Assembly: GCA_030324005.1 (NCBI GenBank)
Contig: JARDVH010000132.1
Span: forward strand, 91,821,905 to 91,885,904
Length of the DNA: 64,000 nt
DNA from: Negaprion brevirostris
Lineage: Eukaryota
Direction: 5' to 3'
Positions 12,595 to 24,802 of the stretch are shown here, piece by piece (position 1 is the first letter of the stretch; every line of letters begins with the position of its first letter). Under the pieces are notes generated by a model. That model ran no database searches and was not told where the DNA came from. It saw only the letters and a list, made by a program, of their open reading frames with translations. The position numbers and the translations under genes are program-made.

Positions 12595-13385
12595 ACTGGA
12601 GTTTTTCAAACAAGTAACAAGCAACATGGATAAAGATGAACCATGGGTGCACTAAACTTAAATTTTCAGAAGGCACTTGATAAGGTGCCAAAGGTTATTA
12701 TGCAAAATATGAGCTCATAGTGCAAGGGATAACATAAGGGATTATGGTTGGTGCAGACCTTATGGGCTGAATGGCCTCTTTCTGGACTGTGGGGATTCTA
12801 TGATTCTATTCTATGATTGTGTGAACAGCATGGAATGAGATTGATTGGCTAACAGGAAACAGAGAACAGCCATTAATGGGCCATTGATAGGTGTGAAAGT
12901 AAGCTGTAAAGTGGACATAAGAAGACTGCAGAGAAATATAGACAGGATAAGTGAGTGGACAAAATTTAACAGATGAAATATAGTGAGGGAAAATGCAAAT
13001 TTGTCCACTTTGGCAGGAGGAATAAATAAGCAGCATATTATTTAAGTGGAGGGAGATTGCAGAACTCTACTTTGGAGGAATTTGGGTATCCTGGTACATG
13101 AATCACAAAATGTTAGTATGCAAGTGCAGCAAGTGACTGAGAAGGCACATGGACTGTTATCTTCATTGCAAAGGGAATGGATGCTTTGCCACAGTTGTAC
13201 AGAATGTTGGTGAGGCCACAACCAGAGTATTGTGTACAGTTTTGGTCTCCTTATGAGAGAGGATATGAATAAGTTAGAAAAGGTTTATTAAGTGATACCT
13301 GGGTTGGAGGTTTATCCTATGAAAGAAGCTTGGACAGGCTGAATCTGTATCCATTGGAATTTAGAAGTAGAAGAGGTGATTTGTC
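12595..13385 (+). mobile_element. Decayed CR1 ORF2 (RT) with an HE1 tail inserted at about 12745-12818
   Basis: NFQKALDKVP, LQRNIDRISEW, LVRPQPEYCVQFWSP and LEFRSRRGDL motifs, with stops and deletions. Confidence 0.85.
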
Positions 13386-13509
13386 ATTGAGTAGTTCAAT
13401 GGTTCTCTCTAGCACCACCCTTGTGAATGTGCGATTCCTGTTGTATCTCTTTTTCCACCTCTGTTACTGGGTGTCAGAGTGGGATCACGAGCCACCATTT
13501 CAGGGAATA

Positions 13510-14445
13510 CTTGACACCCAGGAGCCATCCATCCAAATGAGCAGAAGCAATGAACAGCCCTGATACCTGTGAATGTTTCAGAATGTAAGCATCATGTTAG
13601 CTACCAGGATAATGGGGGACTTGCAAGATCTGCCTTGTGGTCACAGATGATCTAAACATTCATTGAATCAAATTTTTTGGCTTCACAAGCGTATATGGCT
13701 CACCTGCAGGCGCCTTGATGGTCATATGATTGATGTTGATGGCATCCTAGATGCAGGGAAGCCTGCAATTGCTGTGAAACCTCTAGTCCCCTCAGCTTGA
13801 CAGACCTCATCTGTCAGAATGTATGCCATCACCCATCTGAAGAGATAACAAGCTTAATGCNNNNNNNNNNACTGTGGGCAGCAGATTGGGACACACCACA
13901 CTGAACTCCCACTGACCCCTGGTGGTGTAGAGGTTGAGGGTCACTTTGACCTTCAGAGCCATTGGCAGAGGATAGCCACCCATTCAGTTGGACGTGATAT
14001 TTTGCCCACTTCTCCAGCATATGGTGATGACAATGTCCCTTTGGCACTGGACCTCGGACATATTGAGGTCATTGCAGGCCAGTGGCATCTCCTGGAAATA
14101 CCAGAGGCAGAGCCAGGGTGGGCCCTCTGGGAAGCCCTATTGCAGAGGTTCCCCTGGATTGCCTCAGCTGTGGGAAGGGATTGTCTGATTGCTTGTGGAC
14201 TCATGTCCATGGGGGCGTGGGGGGGGGGGTTAGTTTTGTTTTAGCCCAGATCAGGGGCACACTTTAAAAAAGGTTTCCAATCAGGCCCTGAGCCATGCAT
14301 GATGTCGGAAACCACAGACCCAGATTTTCTGTTCAGAATACCGGAGAATTTGGAGACTAAACTCTTCAAATTAGCTGGAGAACGACACACTAGTTTCCTT
14401 GCCCTGGCTAGCACTCTGTGCACTGAGTGCAAAATTCTACCTAAA
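13510..14445 (-). mobile_element. PIF/Harbinger transposase pseudogene (HARBI1-like DDE)
   Basis: Reverse frames give LNMSEVQCQR, MALKVKVTLNLY, CGVSQSAAHS, GFTAIAGFP, HMTIKAPAGEP, SMNV*IICDHK, YPGS*HDAYILKHS and DGWLLG. TIR-like ggtagaattttgcactc near 14426-14442. Confidence 0.85.
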
Positions 14446-15720
14446 GTCTATTTATAAGCACAGTAACCAAATATTCTTTTTTTTACCAGATGCATTAGTT
14501 TGTCCATCTACCCTAATGAATTTGTGTGTCTGATCATAAAGGTCTCTTCCTTATCTCCACTTTTCAAAATAGCTCAATTTTACAGTAAGCTGGAGATAAA
14601 ATTGGACAGAATGTGAAAGCAGGCAAAGGAGGCAATGTGCAATTAATCTGTGTNNNNNNNNNNNNNNNNNNNNNNNNNNNNNNNNNNNNNNNNNNNNNNN
14701 NNNNNNNNNNNNNNNNNNNNNNNNNNNNNNNNNNNNNNNNNNNNNNNNNNNNNCTGTGTCTGTTCAAAGAATGATAATGATAGCAGTGTGCCGACAGGTG
14801 TTGAGTTGTTGCATGCCTTAGCAGGGGATGCAAGTTTGTGCGAGTCTAGCACCACTTAAGATTAGCTAGCACTACTTAAAGGAGAGGTGTGTTCTTGCTG
14901 CTAAAGGGGTTGGAAGTGGTGAAAGTGAAGTGAATGGGTTGGAAGGACTTTGAAAAGTGGAGCCCACAAAAGTTTTCCATTACAGATTAGAGGCCTTAAT
15001 GCAAGAAGTGCATAGATGTAGAGAGGTCTTCTTTTCCTTAGAAGGCCAGGAGACCTTCCACACCCTCAGTGAAAAAGCAGAGGGAGCAGGTAGCTGTTTT
15101 TCTCAATGTCGGCAGTTCAGCCTCAAAGATCTGCATGTATTGCTGAATGAATTCACCCTCATGATCAAGATGAGTGAATGCATATTAACATGCCACTCCC
15201 TTACAAATCCATCCATTACCTTTCATTAACTCACTTATCAACAACTTATACCGACCATAATATCTAAAATTTATAGCTTCACTTGAGGCTGCAAGTCTCA
15301 CACCCACATCTCACAGCCTTCACACACTGCCAGCTATCCAACTATGACAGGCACATCATCCAAACAAATTGCACCATGCACTCATTGACACATCTCCCTC
15401 TCTCTTGAAAGAAAACATGATACATATCCACAGGCAGCAACACCTAGCCAGCACGGAACAGAACCCTTTGAGTGTTCATGTCTTTCTCCTGTCAGTGGGT
15501 ATGACTCAAACGTCTGTCCTCTGAGGGTGGAATGCTGCTCTAGTCACAGCCTGTAAAAAGACGGGTCAGCTTTTCTCGGCAGCTTTACATATGCCACTCC
15601 ATGCCCAATATTCACTCTGGGATCATGCAAAGTCTGACACATTAAAATGTGGTTACAGTGGGAAAGATTTGGGAAACACTGTCCTAAAGCAACAAAAGAA
15701 TGTTGAAGAAGAAACATCAT

Positions 15721-15850
15721 GGGTGGGATTTTCCAGTTCCAGCATTGGCAGGCATCGTTGCAGGCAGGATGGGAAAATCTAGAGAGTTGGTCATTTCCTG
15801 TGCCCCCAGTGATGAAGCTATCTGCCTGTGGGACTGGAAAATCCCAGCCC
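15721..15850. mobile_element. 130-bp MITE with about 20-bp terminal inverted repeats
   Basis: gggtgggattttccagttcc ... gggactggaaaatcccagccc. Confidence 0.8.
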
Positions 15851-16432
15851 TTGACTCAATCTCACACTCACAGGCATCAGCAGGGAAACAGGTGTGGGCT
15901 ATGGAGGATAGCACAGAAGTGTGATCTGCACGTTGGTGAGGCATAAGTGATCCACTGCCAGAAAAGGAGAAAGAATAGTGTTGGAGTCAGCTCCCTGTAA
16001 GATGAGGTCATACACATGTCCTGCTGCTGCGGATACAGCTCAAGATGGGAGGCTTATAAAAGCAAATCAGCATGTACACATATGGGGTTGGTGCATTGGC
16101 AGGTTAAACAGAAACCTGTATGATACTGTCAATGGAACATAGAGGAGCTTGGCTTTAATCTGCACTGGGTTTTGCTCAGAGCTTGGGGCTTAATCTTTCT
16201 AGCATGGAGGTAGTAGGCAACTCCATGAGGATGCTTATGGATGCGGCCATGATACAATATCTGAAGCTCAATGTTTTAACTTGCACTGCAGCACAAGCAG
16301 AAGCCAAGCAATGTCTCAATGATAGAGTGGAATGTTGGACTGAGGATATGAATCCACACTTGCTGCCATGCAAGTCCAGCTTGGTGCCAAGTGGTTCAGA
16401 CCACTCACATCATGGCTGTGGATACCAGTGAT

Positions 16433-16690
16433 GATCCTTTAAAACACAGATGAGGAGGAATTTTTTCAGCCAGAGGGTGATGAATCTGTGGAACTCTTTG
16501 CTGCAGAAGGCTGTGGAGGTGAGGTCATTGAAAGTCTTTAAGACAGCGATAGATAGGTTCTTGATTAATAAGGGGATCAGGGGTTATGGGGAAAAAGCAG
16601 GAGAATGGGGATGAGAAAAATATCAGCCATAATTGAATGGCATAGCAAACTGAATGGGCCGAGTGGCCTAATTCTGCTCCTATGTCATAT
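16433..16690 (+). mobile_element. CR1 3' fragment inserted in the Harbinger relic
   Basis: MRRNFFSQRVMNLWNSLLQKAVE, then the tail gagtggcctaattctgctcctatgtc. Confidence 0.88.
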
Positions 16691-19659
16691 AGTGTAGAAA
16701 GGGGCTTTCAGGGTCTGAAAGCAGTCCAACAAGCTGAGCTCCAGCAGATTACTCAGATTTCTGCAGCATCTACAGGAGTTGCAGTAGCTCCGAGGATCAT
16801 GTCCTCTCAGAACGACAATAGTCATCCTCCGGCCACAGCCACTAGTGCTTTTTTTATCATTCATTCATTGGATATGGGCGTCGTTGGCTGGCTAGCAATT
16901 ATTGTCCATCCCTGAATCCTTGCTATTTGCCAGTTGTCTCTGTCCGTCACCAAAGTCAGCCATTGATCAAGAAAGTCCTCCTGTACACCTGTCAGAAAGT
17001 TCTCTCCTTCCCTACCCTTAGCACTATGTTTTTCTCAATCGATTAGAGTAACTAAAGTCTCCTAATATTATGAGTCTGGGTGGGACTCCTTGGCCTCCTC
17101 ATGGCATGCTTCTCATGGCACAAGGCAGTGGGATCTTGTGTTTCTGCCATTATCAACTGGATTTTACAATGACTACGTCCCAGAGCAAGGGTGCACCATC
17201 GGCAGGACCAGAAGATCTTGCTGGTGAAAACAACCAGAAAGTTCCAGCCTCTATGTTTGTTGCAAATCTTCAAGATTTGCTAGGAATTTTTCTCATCTCT
17301 TTCTCACCGTTTGGAGCTCAATAAAAAAAATACACACCCAGTATTTTAACAGTTCCTCTATGTCTGCAAAAAGTTACCAAATTCATGATGAAGCAAATGG
17401 GCACAATCTGTTGAATGTCCCTTTCCCTGCTGATTTAAGAAAATCTTTCCATTGACATGTGTTGTCTTGAATCAGAAGGCAGAGCAACAACATTGCTGCA
17501 TCTGACAGCTGCAGCTCTCCCGCAGCTATCTCTTCCACGTTTTATCTATTTACACAATTGCTGCTTTTACATCAACTTCAAAAATAAAGGTGCAGAAAAT
17601 ATCCCCTTATGTTATGCTTTCAATTTTTTCTTCTATTTTTATTTGAAACCTTGCTGACCAATGCACCAAATAAATCTCATTCAACAAAAAAAACTTGCAA
17701 AACAAAGAACAACTTGAGAAGATTGAAAGCTATTGAAAGATCATTGCCTGCACTGATGGGATTCAGCAGTATCGACTGTTTGTTCATCCATGTGTCTTTG
17801 AAATGGTGCAAGTCAAGCCAAGGATTTGAGGTGGATTCTGAACAATAGTGGATTTGGAGTTCAGCCATATTATGCCTCGTTTCAGCAATAAAACTGAAGG
17901 TGCATTCAGATGGATTTGCAAATGAATTCAACATCTTATCTGTTTACTGAATAAGAGTTAATGCAACCAAGGTCACTAACCCTATCTGCTGCTGTCAACT
18001 GCACTCCCAACTTAACCAAAGTAAGGCAATAAATAACCGAACTCAACATTGTGATTTCTTTGAAGCAATTTTTTTCCACAAAATATCATTAATGTTAAAA
18101 CGCAAGCTTAAATTTTCTATCCAGCAATTTTTAATACTAATGTTATCCATTTATTTTATACGAGTTGCTGCCACCTTAAAATCTACAATTCCAGGCAGCT
18201 AAATCTGGCTCTGTGGAACCGTGGTGTCGGGGCTTCAGAACCCAGGAAGACATTTGGCCAGCTTCCGGTCAGCTTCCAGTCACTTCTGGTATGGTTCATG
18301 CAGTGCATCATGCTGTAAGGCCACTGGCATGTTGTGCATGCACTGTGGGCAGATTGTGGCCTCCCCCAGCATTTAATGCCAATTTGGATCACAATTAGAT
18401 ATTTTGGATGTCAGAGGTTAGCCTCTCTCTTAAACATTCCAAAGTGAACATGAATCCAATTGCACAAATGACCTCTGTAGGAGCTCTATTTATGGGATTC
18501 ATTGTGGAGTTTTAGGTGAGGCACCTTTGATTTTATTTTGCTGCTGCGGGGTTAGTGCAAATATTGGGCAATGGGTTTTTGGAGGCCTTCTGAAAAGTTG
18601 TTGGCATCAGGAGGAAGAGATGTTGGACTCTTCCAAGCAGTTCAGTGGAGTTTGAAGGCCTGTCAGCAGAAAGTCTGATTTTACAAACGGGGGCACTCAA
18701 GTTGCAGTTTCTCTTGGGCAACAGCACAACAGGGAGATGGAGCATCAGCTGCAGAGGGGGGAAGCTGTGTGCAGAAGTAGGAGAAGGACCCGGGGAACTC
18801 AGTAGAGGCCGTGCTAAACTTGGGTCTTCAGGGAACACATTTCCCATCTCTAACTCAGCAGCAAGTGCAAGCAAAAATCACCCAATGTCTAATGTCTACA
18901 AACTGCTCACACTGAGGTTATGCAAAATCACATGAGTAGACTCAGACTGCTGCCATCATGGCTGCACACATCAGTGCTCAAAGGGGTTTGCAGTATCCCA
19001 CAGAAATCCAACAACCTGCCCTGCCAGGAGGACAAACACTAAGGGAATGAGCATGGACAATTACTTATTCTGGTGACTTTATTTCAGCAATGAGATTCAG
19101 AGTTCACTGTGATGATCAGTAACAGAAGGGAAGCAAGTTCTGAATGGGGAATTAGGATTTTGTTCAATGGATAAGTCAATTGTAGGCTGCCCTGTCAGGA
19201 AAGGGAAGTGCTAGTCACTTCTTCCCTTCCTCTCCCTTCTCCTCAACTGCCTGCCATATTCCTGGTGGCACGGACTATGCCCTCATAATATTGAGGCTTT
19301 GCAGGAGATACAGGAGGAATTGACAGGTGCTGACTAATACAGCAAAGCTCCCCCAGAGCGGCCCAGGTAGTGCAAGTGCTGCTGGAACATCCCAATGGTT
19401 TGTTCAATTACATTTTGTGTGGCAGTATAGCTCTCAGTATAGCTTGTTGCTCACATGCACTCGTTTGTGCACTCAAGTCCACAGTCAAGTGGCCAGCAGA
19501 TAGTCTTTATCATCCAGTGGCAATGCTCTGTTTTGACAAGAGTCTCAAATTGTAGAAATACGATGGTCTGATTCAGAACGGAGGCCTCCTGACAGCTACC
19601 TGAAATGCATGATGTGTTGAATACGGTCACATACCTGTAATACTTTCAGGGAATGAATC

Positions 19660-20100
19660 ACAACAATAACTTGTACTGATATACTGTCCATAATGTAACA
19701 AAAGGTCCAAAGGTGCTTCACAGCAGTTTCATAAGGCACAGTTTAACAAAAAACCACATAAGGTGTCATTAGGTTAAATCACCAATAGCTTAGTCAAGGA
19801 GACAGGTTTTAAGCAGTGTCCTAATGGAGGAAAGAGAGGTAGAGAGACAAGGAGGTTTAGGGATGGAATTCCAGAGGTTATGGTCTTGACAGCTGAAGAT
19901 ATGGCCACCATTTGTGGATGATTAAAGTCAGATAGTTCGGAAGACTGGAATTAGGGCTGCGCAGATATCTTGGAGCGTTGTGGGAGAGGTGAGGCTGTGG
20001 TGGGATTTGAAATCAAGGATGGGAATTTTAAATTGAAGTGCTGTTTAACCAATATTGGTTCATGAGCACAGCTGTGATAGGTGAACAGACTTGCCACAAG
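19660..20100 (-). mobile_element. L2 LINE 3' end
   Basis: caacaataacttgta...gcttagtcaaggagacaggttttaagcagtgtc...gggatggaattccagag is the typical reverse-strand L2 (LWNS.P...FK..LKT.L) end. Confidence 0.65.
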
Positions 20101-20939
20101 TGTTACAATCCCCTTTGAGAACGATAACATTCAAAAACATAAATGAGATTCTCAGAAATCAAAAGAAATAAACAGAATGAAATTTTATATGTTACAATCA
20201 AATTAAAATCAACATAAATCAAATACTACTTTGCAGGCAACTAATACATTGAAGTGAAGAAAAGGTACTTTCACATTAACTAATAAACAGAATCAGAATA
20301 CATCTTAATTCTTTACACTGTGCACCACATTTCTGGCAGATATGTAGCAATACAACATCTTTTCCATAATACCCATAGGCTGGATTCACCAGCCCATTTG
20401 CTGCTAGTGGGAATTCCAATGCCCACTGAATCAGGGGTGGGGGCTAAATTGGGATGCCCACTGGGTAGCAAACCCATCATGATTCACCCGACCCACCCTA
20501 CTGGCCTGATCAGGCTCTCGCAAGACCGGGCAGGAACCCAATAATAATGCAAATCTCTTGAAGTGAGGAGCAGCACCTGCACTATTTGAAGACTCATTGC
20601 AGACTTCACTAACAATATATAAAGAGTACAAAGCACCAAAAATGTTTACAATTCCAGTACACATCAATCACCATCCCAAATCTAAAAGTATTTGATGATT
20701 TTCTCAAGTATTATGATGAAAGTGGGATGGGGGGAGTCCTTCCTGCTGTTGAATAAGTACTCAGCTATTTGAGGTTAAGAAAAAGCATTAATTCAAGTGC
20801 TGAGGTTAGAAATTAAACCTCCAGTATGAAATCAGCACTAGACACTGAATGGCATCACAATCTGTCAATTCTGTACACTTCCAGAGCAGCCTACTAACAT
20901 TTGCAACTTACACTTTCCACAAACTGGAATCTTCATTGT

Positions 20940-21460
20940 CTGTCCCATAAATGTGTGCATGCAGTATAATGCAGGCCGTACTTTGCACAAAGTGGTATCT
21001 GCCGGTGCTGAACATATAGCCACTATGGAGCCACACTCTGCAGCCTGTAGTTCTATTTATAAAGCTAAGGATGCCCTATGTTTCTTTAACATCCTTCTCA
21101 AAATTATCCTGTCATCTTTGAAGATTTGTGTACACATCTTGCCAAAGTCTATCAGTTCCAGCATGTGTTTACAGTTTATTCATAATACTTCACCTCATTC
21201 TTACTAAAACAGACCACTTCACCTTCTCAGGTTTAAAATTGATCTGTCATGTATCTGCGCATTTAACACTGTCAGTGTCATCCTGAAGTCTAGGTATCCT
21301 CCTCATTGATTTATGCATTGCTGACTTTTGTGTCATCTTCAAAGTATTTGATGCTCTGCATACCCAAGTTTAAATCATTAATATATATCAAGAAGAGCAG
21401 AGCTCTCTAATGCCAATCCCTGAGGAACACTAGTGTATATTTCTCTTCATCCTGCAGTAT
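20940..21460 (-). mobile_element. Old CR1 RT fragment
   Basis: Reverse strand FLIYINDLNLG...FEDDTK (tgtgtcatcttcaaa), a decayed FADDTK. Confidence 0.6.
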
Positions 21461-21773
21461 TTNNNNNNNNNNNNNNNNNNNNNNNNNNNNNNNNNNNNNN
21501 NNNNNNNNNNNNNNNNNNNNNNNNNNNNNNNNNNNNNNNNNNNNNNNNNNNNNNNNNNNNNNAGTGAAGAAAGAAACAAAAGGTGTGAAGAATTAGGAAA
21601 GGAGCAGATTTGCCCTGTCCTGCCACTCACTCACTGCTGCCAGAGATATCCAATCCAGCCAAAACTAATGAAATCCCGGGTGAGTTGAATCTTCAGCACT
21701 CTAAGGCAGCTGTACATAAAAAATTATTTCTCTGCTCTGCACATCTGTTTTAAAAAATGGTGTGGAACATTAC

Positions 21774-22090
21774 CTGCAAATTCCCCTTTCCCTTGAGGGA
21801 GCATTAATTTCTAAAAATATATCTCAGCTTCTTGTTCTTTTACATTGTTAGCTTCCCTAAAATCATATTGATTCTGGGCAAATCCCTGAAGAAGCATCTT
21901 TTCACTTCTGTAGTAATGATAGGCTCCTTGGTACCGTGTAACATGTAGCAGGAAGACCAAGGTGATTACATATTCCAGTCTTGTAAAATGCTGCTCGGTG
22001 CGCGAGTGTGCACGCTGCTCGGTGCGTGAGTGTGCACACTGCTCAGTGCGCGTCTCCCCGGGGCACGTTCTGTCTCTGTTCACTTTCACA
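21774..22090 (-). other. Candidate first exon of an unidentified leftward transcript
   Basis: Non-repeat sequence next to a CpG-rich island, ending in a minus-strand donor CAG|GTAATG (plus strand cattacctg, 21768-21776). TSS unknown; no recognisable protein. Confidence 0.35.
21990..22052. repeat. 24-bp tandem repeat, about 2.6 copies
   Basis: gctgctcggtgcgcgagtgtgcac / gctgctcggtgcgtgagtgtgcac / actgctcagtgcgcg. Confidence 0.95.
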
Positions 22091-22460
22091 CTGGCACAAA
22101 AATAGACTGGCTCTGGTCTGCCATCTCCACTGGGAAAACCCAGTCTGGTTTTGAGTTGTCAGCTTCTGCCAATTTCCTGGGTTCAGTGCATTAGTCACAA
22201 ACTGATGACGCTGTCGACGGGGACTCGCTCACAAAACTGCACCCTTTGCGCAAAATAGCGGAAGTCTCAGAATTCCTGACACCAGACAGCAAACGCAAGG
22301 AAGGGAATGAGAAAGTGGGGGTAGGGAGGGAAGAAAAAGCTGTCAACTGTGCTTTGCATCCGCAAGTGAATCCCATGACAGTGCTATTCAGTCATGATGG
22401 CAGCACAAGGCCAAGCACATTGAAATCATTGCAGCCGCTGCTTTAACTTCCATCAGTGCT
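21990..22460. promoter_or_regulatory. CpG-enriched promoter-like island
   Basis: About 18 CpGs in about 370 bp of non-repeat DNA against a CpG-poor background. MRE cores TGCRCNC, C/EBP TTGCGCAA (22246-22253), ETS GCGGAAGT (22258-22265), kB-like GGGAAAACCC (22132-22141), TGACG (22206-22210). Confidence 0.55.
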
Positions 22461-22876
22461 CCTTTCAGTTTGAAAACTCAATATGTGTGGGAAAAGAAGA
22501 CAATAGTGAGTAAAAGGTTGTAATTAAATCCTGGATATGAAAGATGTCACCTGAATCCTCAACCGTGAATCACGGCCTTGCAACTCACTCTCAGCTGTCA
22601 GTAGTTCCCTGTATATATAAATAAAACACACAAATCATCAAACCCCACCCCTTCCGAACAAAAAGAGAACGTAATAAATAACATTGCTGGAGGCATTTTT
22701 GTTGCAGCTTGTGCTGGTAAAGTAGGCAGTGTGAAGGGCAGAATCGAGCCCAGGTCAGGGCAGGGCAAAGGGAGTTTCAATATTTTATGTTAGTTTAAAC
22801 TTGGGCCAGAGCAGCAGATAACGTTTAATTATTCATTGGCTGTTGTTCTCTTCACTCACAAATGGTTAATGTTCCA

Positions 22877-23143
22877 GGTGGCACAGTGATTAGCACTGCT
22901 GCCCCACAACACCAGGGAACCAGATTCAATTCCCGACTTGGGTGACTGTCTGCAGTGTCTGCATGTTCTCCCCATGTCCTTCAGCAGTCCGAAAGACGAG
23001 CCGGTTAGGTGCAGTCCATGCTAAATTCTCCATCAGTGCCCCTGAACAGGCGCCGAAATGTGGCAACTAGGGGATTGTCACAGTAACCTCATTGCAGTGT
23101 TAATGCAAGTCTGCTTGTAACACTAATAAATAAACTTAAACTT
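22877..23143 (+). mobile_element. HE1-like (V-SINE) head with an alternative tail; 10-bp TSD
   Basis: ggtggcacagtgattagcactgctgcc head; tail ...taataaa(taaactt)n; atgttccagg at 22869-22878 and 23144-23153. Confidence 0.85.
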
Positions 23144-23407
23144 ATGTTCCAGGAAGAAACAAAGGAAAAATGTCAAAGGCACCCCAAAACTTTCCTTTAA
23201 AGGCAGCTGCTTTAATGACTGGAAGGAGCTTGTTACCAATCACTCAGAATGGCAACAACTTCTCCATCAAACTGCATTGCACTTTGAGGAAGAATAAACG
23301 TAGAGAAGGAAAGAAAAGGCAGCAAATCCTGCACTCTGGATCTCACTGCCTCGGGGGATGTCCCAAAGATTTGCGGGTTCAAAATCAGCCTGCTTAATCA
23401 CATAAAG

Positions 23408-23727
23408 GGTTAGTGGTATTATCACACTAGACCATTAATCCAGAAACTCAGCTAATGCTCTGGGGACCTGGGTTCAAATCCCACCATGGCAGCTGGTGGA
23501 TTTGGATTCAATATAAAAAATCTGGAATTAAGAATCTACTGATGAACATCTGGTTCACTAATGTCCTTTAGGGAAGGAAATCTGTCGTTTTTACCCAGTC
23601 TGGCCTACATGTAACTCCAGAGCCACAGCAATGTGGTTGACTCTCAACTGCCTTTGGGCAACTAGGGATGGGCAATAAATGCTGGCCAACCACCAATGCC
23701 CATGTCCCACAAATGTTTTTAAAAAAA
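23408..23727 (+). mobile_element. tRNA-headed SINE sharing both ends of the 31167-34242 LINE
   Basis: tagtggtattatcac head and B-box ggttcaaatcc. Body aligns to 31180-31452; tail gggcaactagggatgggcaataaatgctggcc aligns to 34175-34235. Confidence 0.88.
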
Positions 23728-24802
23728 TGAAGACCCACAACAGAAGCATGCAGCCCTGAGTAGACACCATCCTGAAAGTGAGGAACAGATGATGATTTTG
23801 AAATTTCATACTTGCAACATCAACCCCACTACCCTCAGCGACTATTTCTTATCATAGAAAAAACACTTGCTTCAATAAACTTGAAAACCATATAAATGTA
23901 CATGACATGTATGGATTCACTTCTGTTTTCCCAGTTTGATAAAGCTAGAAAGATAAACACAGTTTGCCTCTTTTCAGGTGTTGTATATTTCAACAATGCC
24001 AACAAGTTATATTAACATGCTGGAAGATGCCTCAGAGTGCTTTCCATGAAGGAGAAAAAGAATAGGGTGAACATGACGCATAAGGAAGGTCAAAAGAAAT
24101 GGAGGTTAAGATGGGATATTGAAAGCAGACAAAATAATGGTGTTCAGGAGGTTATAGAAAGTAAGCAGGAGCTGTAGCAGCAGAACATAAGAATGAACAG
24201 CTGCCAATAGTGGAACATAAAGAGTAAGAGTTAGAGAAATATTAGAAGGATCAGTGTTAGAGGAACTAGATATTACATGCAAGAACAGAACAAAATCCAT
24301 ACGTGGGATAGGGAGCTCAAGACAATGAAATAATTTAAAAACATAGATGTGAATTTCGAATTTAAGATATTGAGGATAAGAAAAACTTCCAGCCTTTTGT
24401 CTCTCTAAGTTGGCTAATTTTTTTTCACAAGAAAAGCTTGCAAGCCGTACTTGAAGAGTTAAGCAGTTGTACATAATAAATGATTCAATGCTGAGAAATG
24501 TACGGTTGGACAACAGTGAAATGCTGTGACAATGATCAGATTTGTTTCACACCTCTTTTATCTAGCAAGTACTCATTTCAATTTGTTGTTGCTTGACAAC
24601 TGAACTGAATAATCTATGACCTACAAACTGCAAAGTTACCTGTTGTGAATTCATTGTAGAGCAAGGTTTAGCACTCCAGTTATTTTGAAGACCTATTTCC
24701 ATCACTGTAAACTGTTGCATGGGATAAAGGGAACCACTTGTCCCATTGTGATAACGAGGGTATCTATTGCTAATAAACCATTCCTATGCCAGTGGCTTGA
24801 AT

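Larger units (their letters stand above)
14754..17250 (+). mobile_element. Harbinger element relic carrying the Myb/SANT-like ORF2 (decayed, apparently intron-containing)
   Basis: LEALMQEVHRCREVFF at about 14985-15035. Later segment gggttttgctcagagcttgggg...tctagcatggaggtagtaggcaactccat (16167-16227) is homologous to 56886-56943. Ends at TIR-like gaaagttccagcc. Confidence 0.65.

Noticed and set aside
13510-14210. Host gene HARBI1
   Set aside because: Multiple stops and frameshifts, a TIR-like end and a second diverged copy indicate transposon fossils.
21811-22089. 92-aa ORF with RTEQ.AHS repeats
   Set aside because: The repeats are just the translation of the 24-bp minisatellite. The start is non-ATG and there is no recognisable homology.
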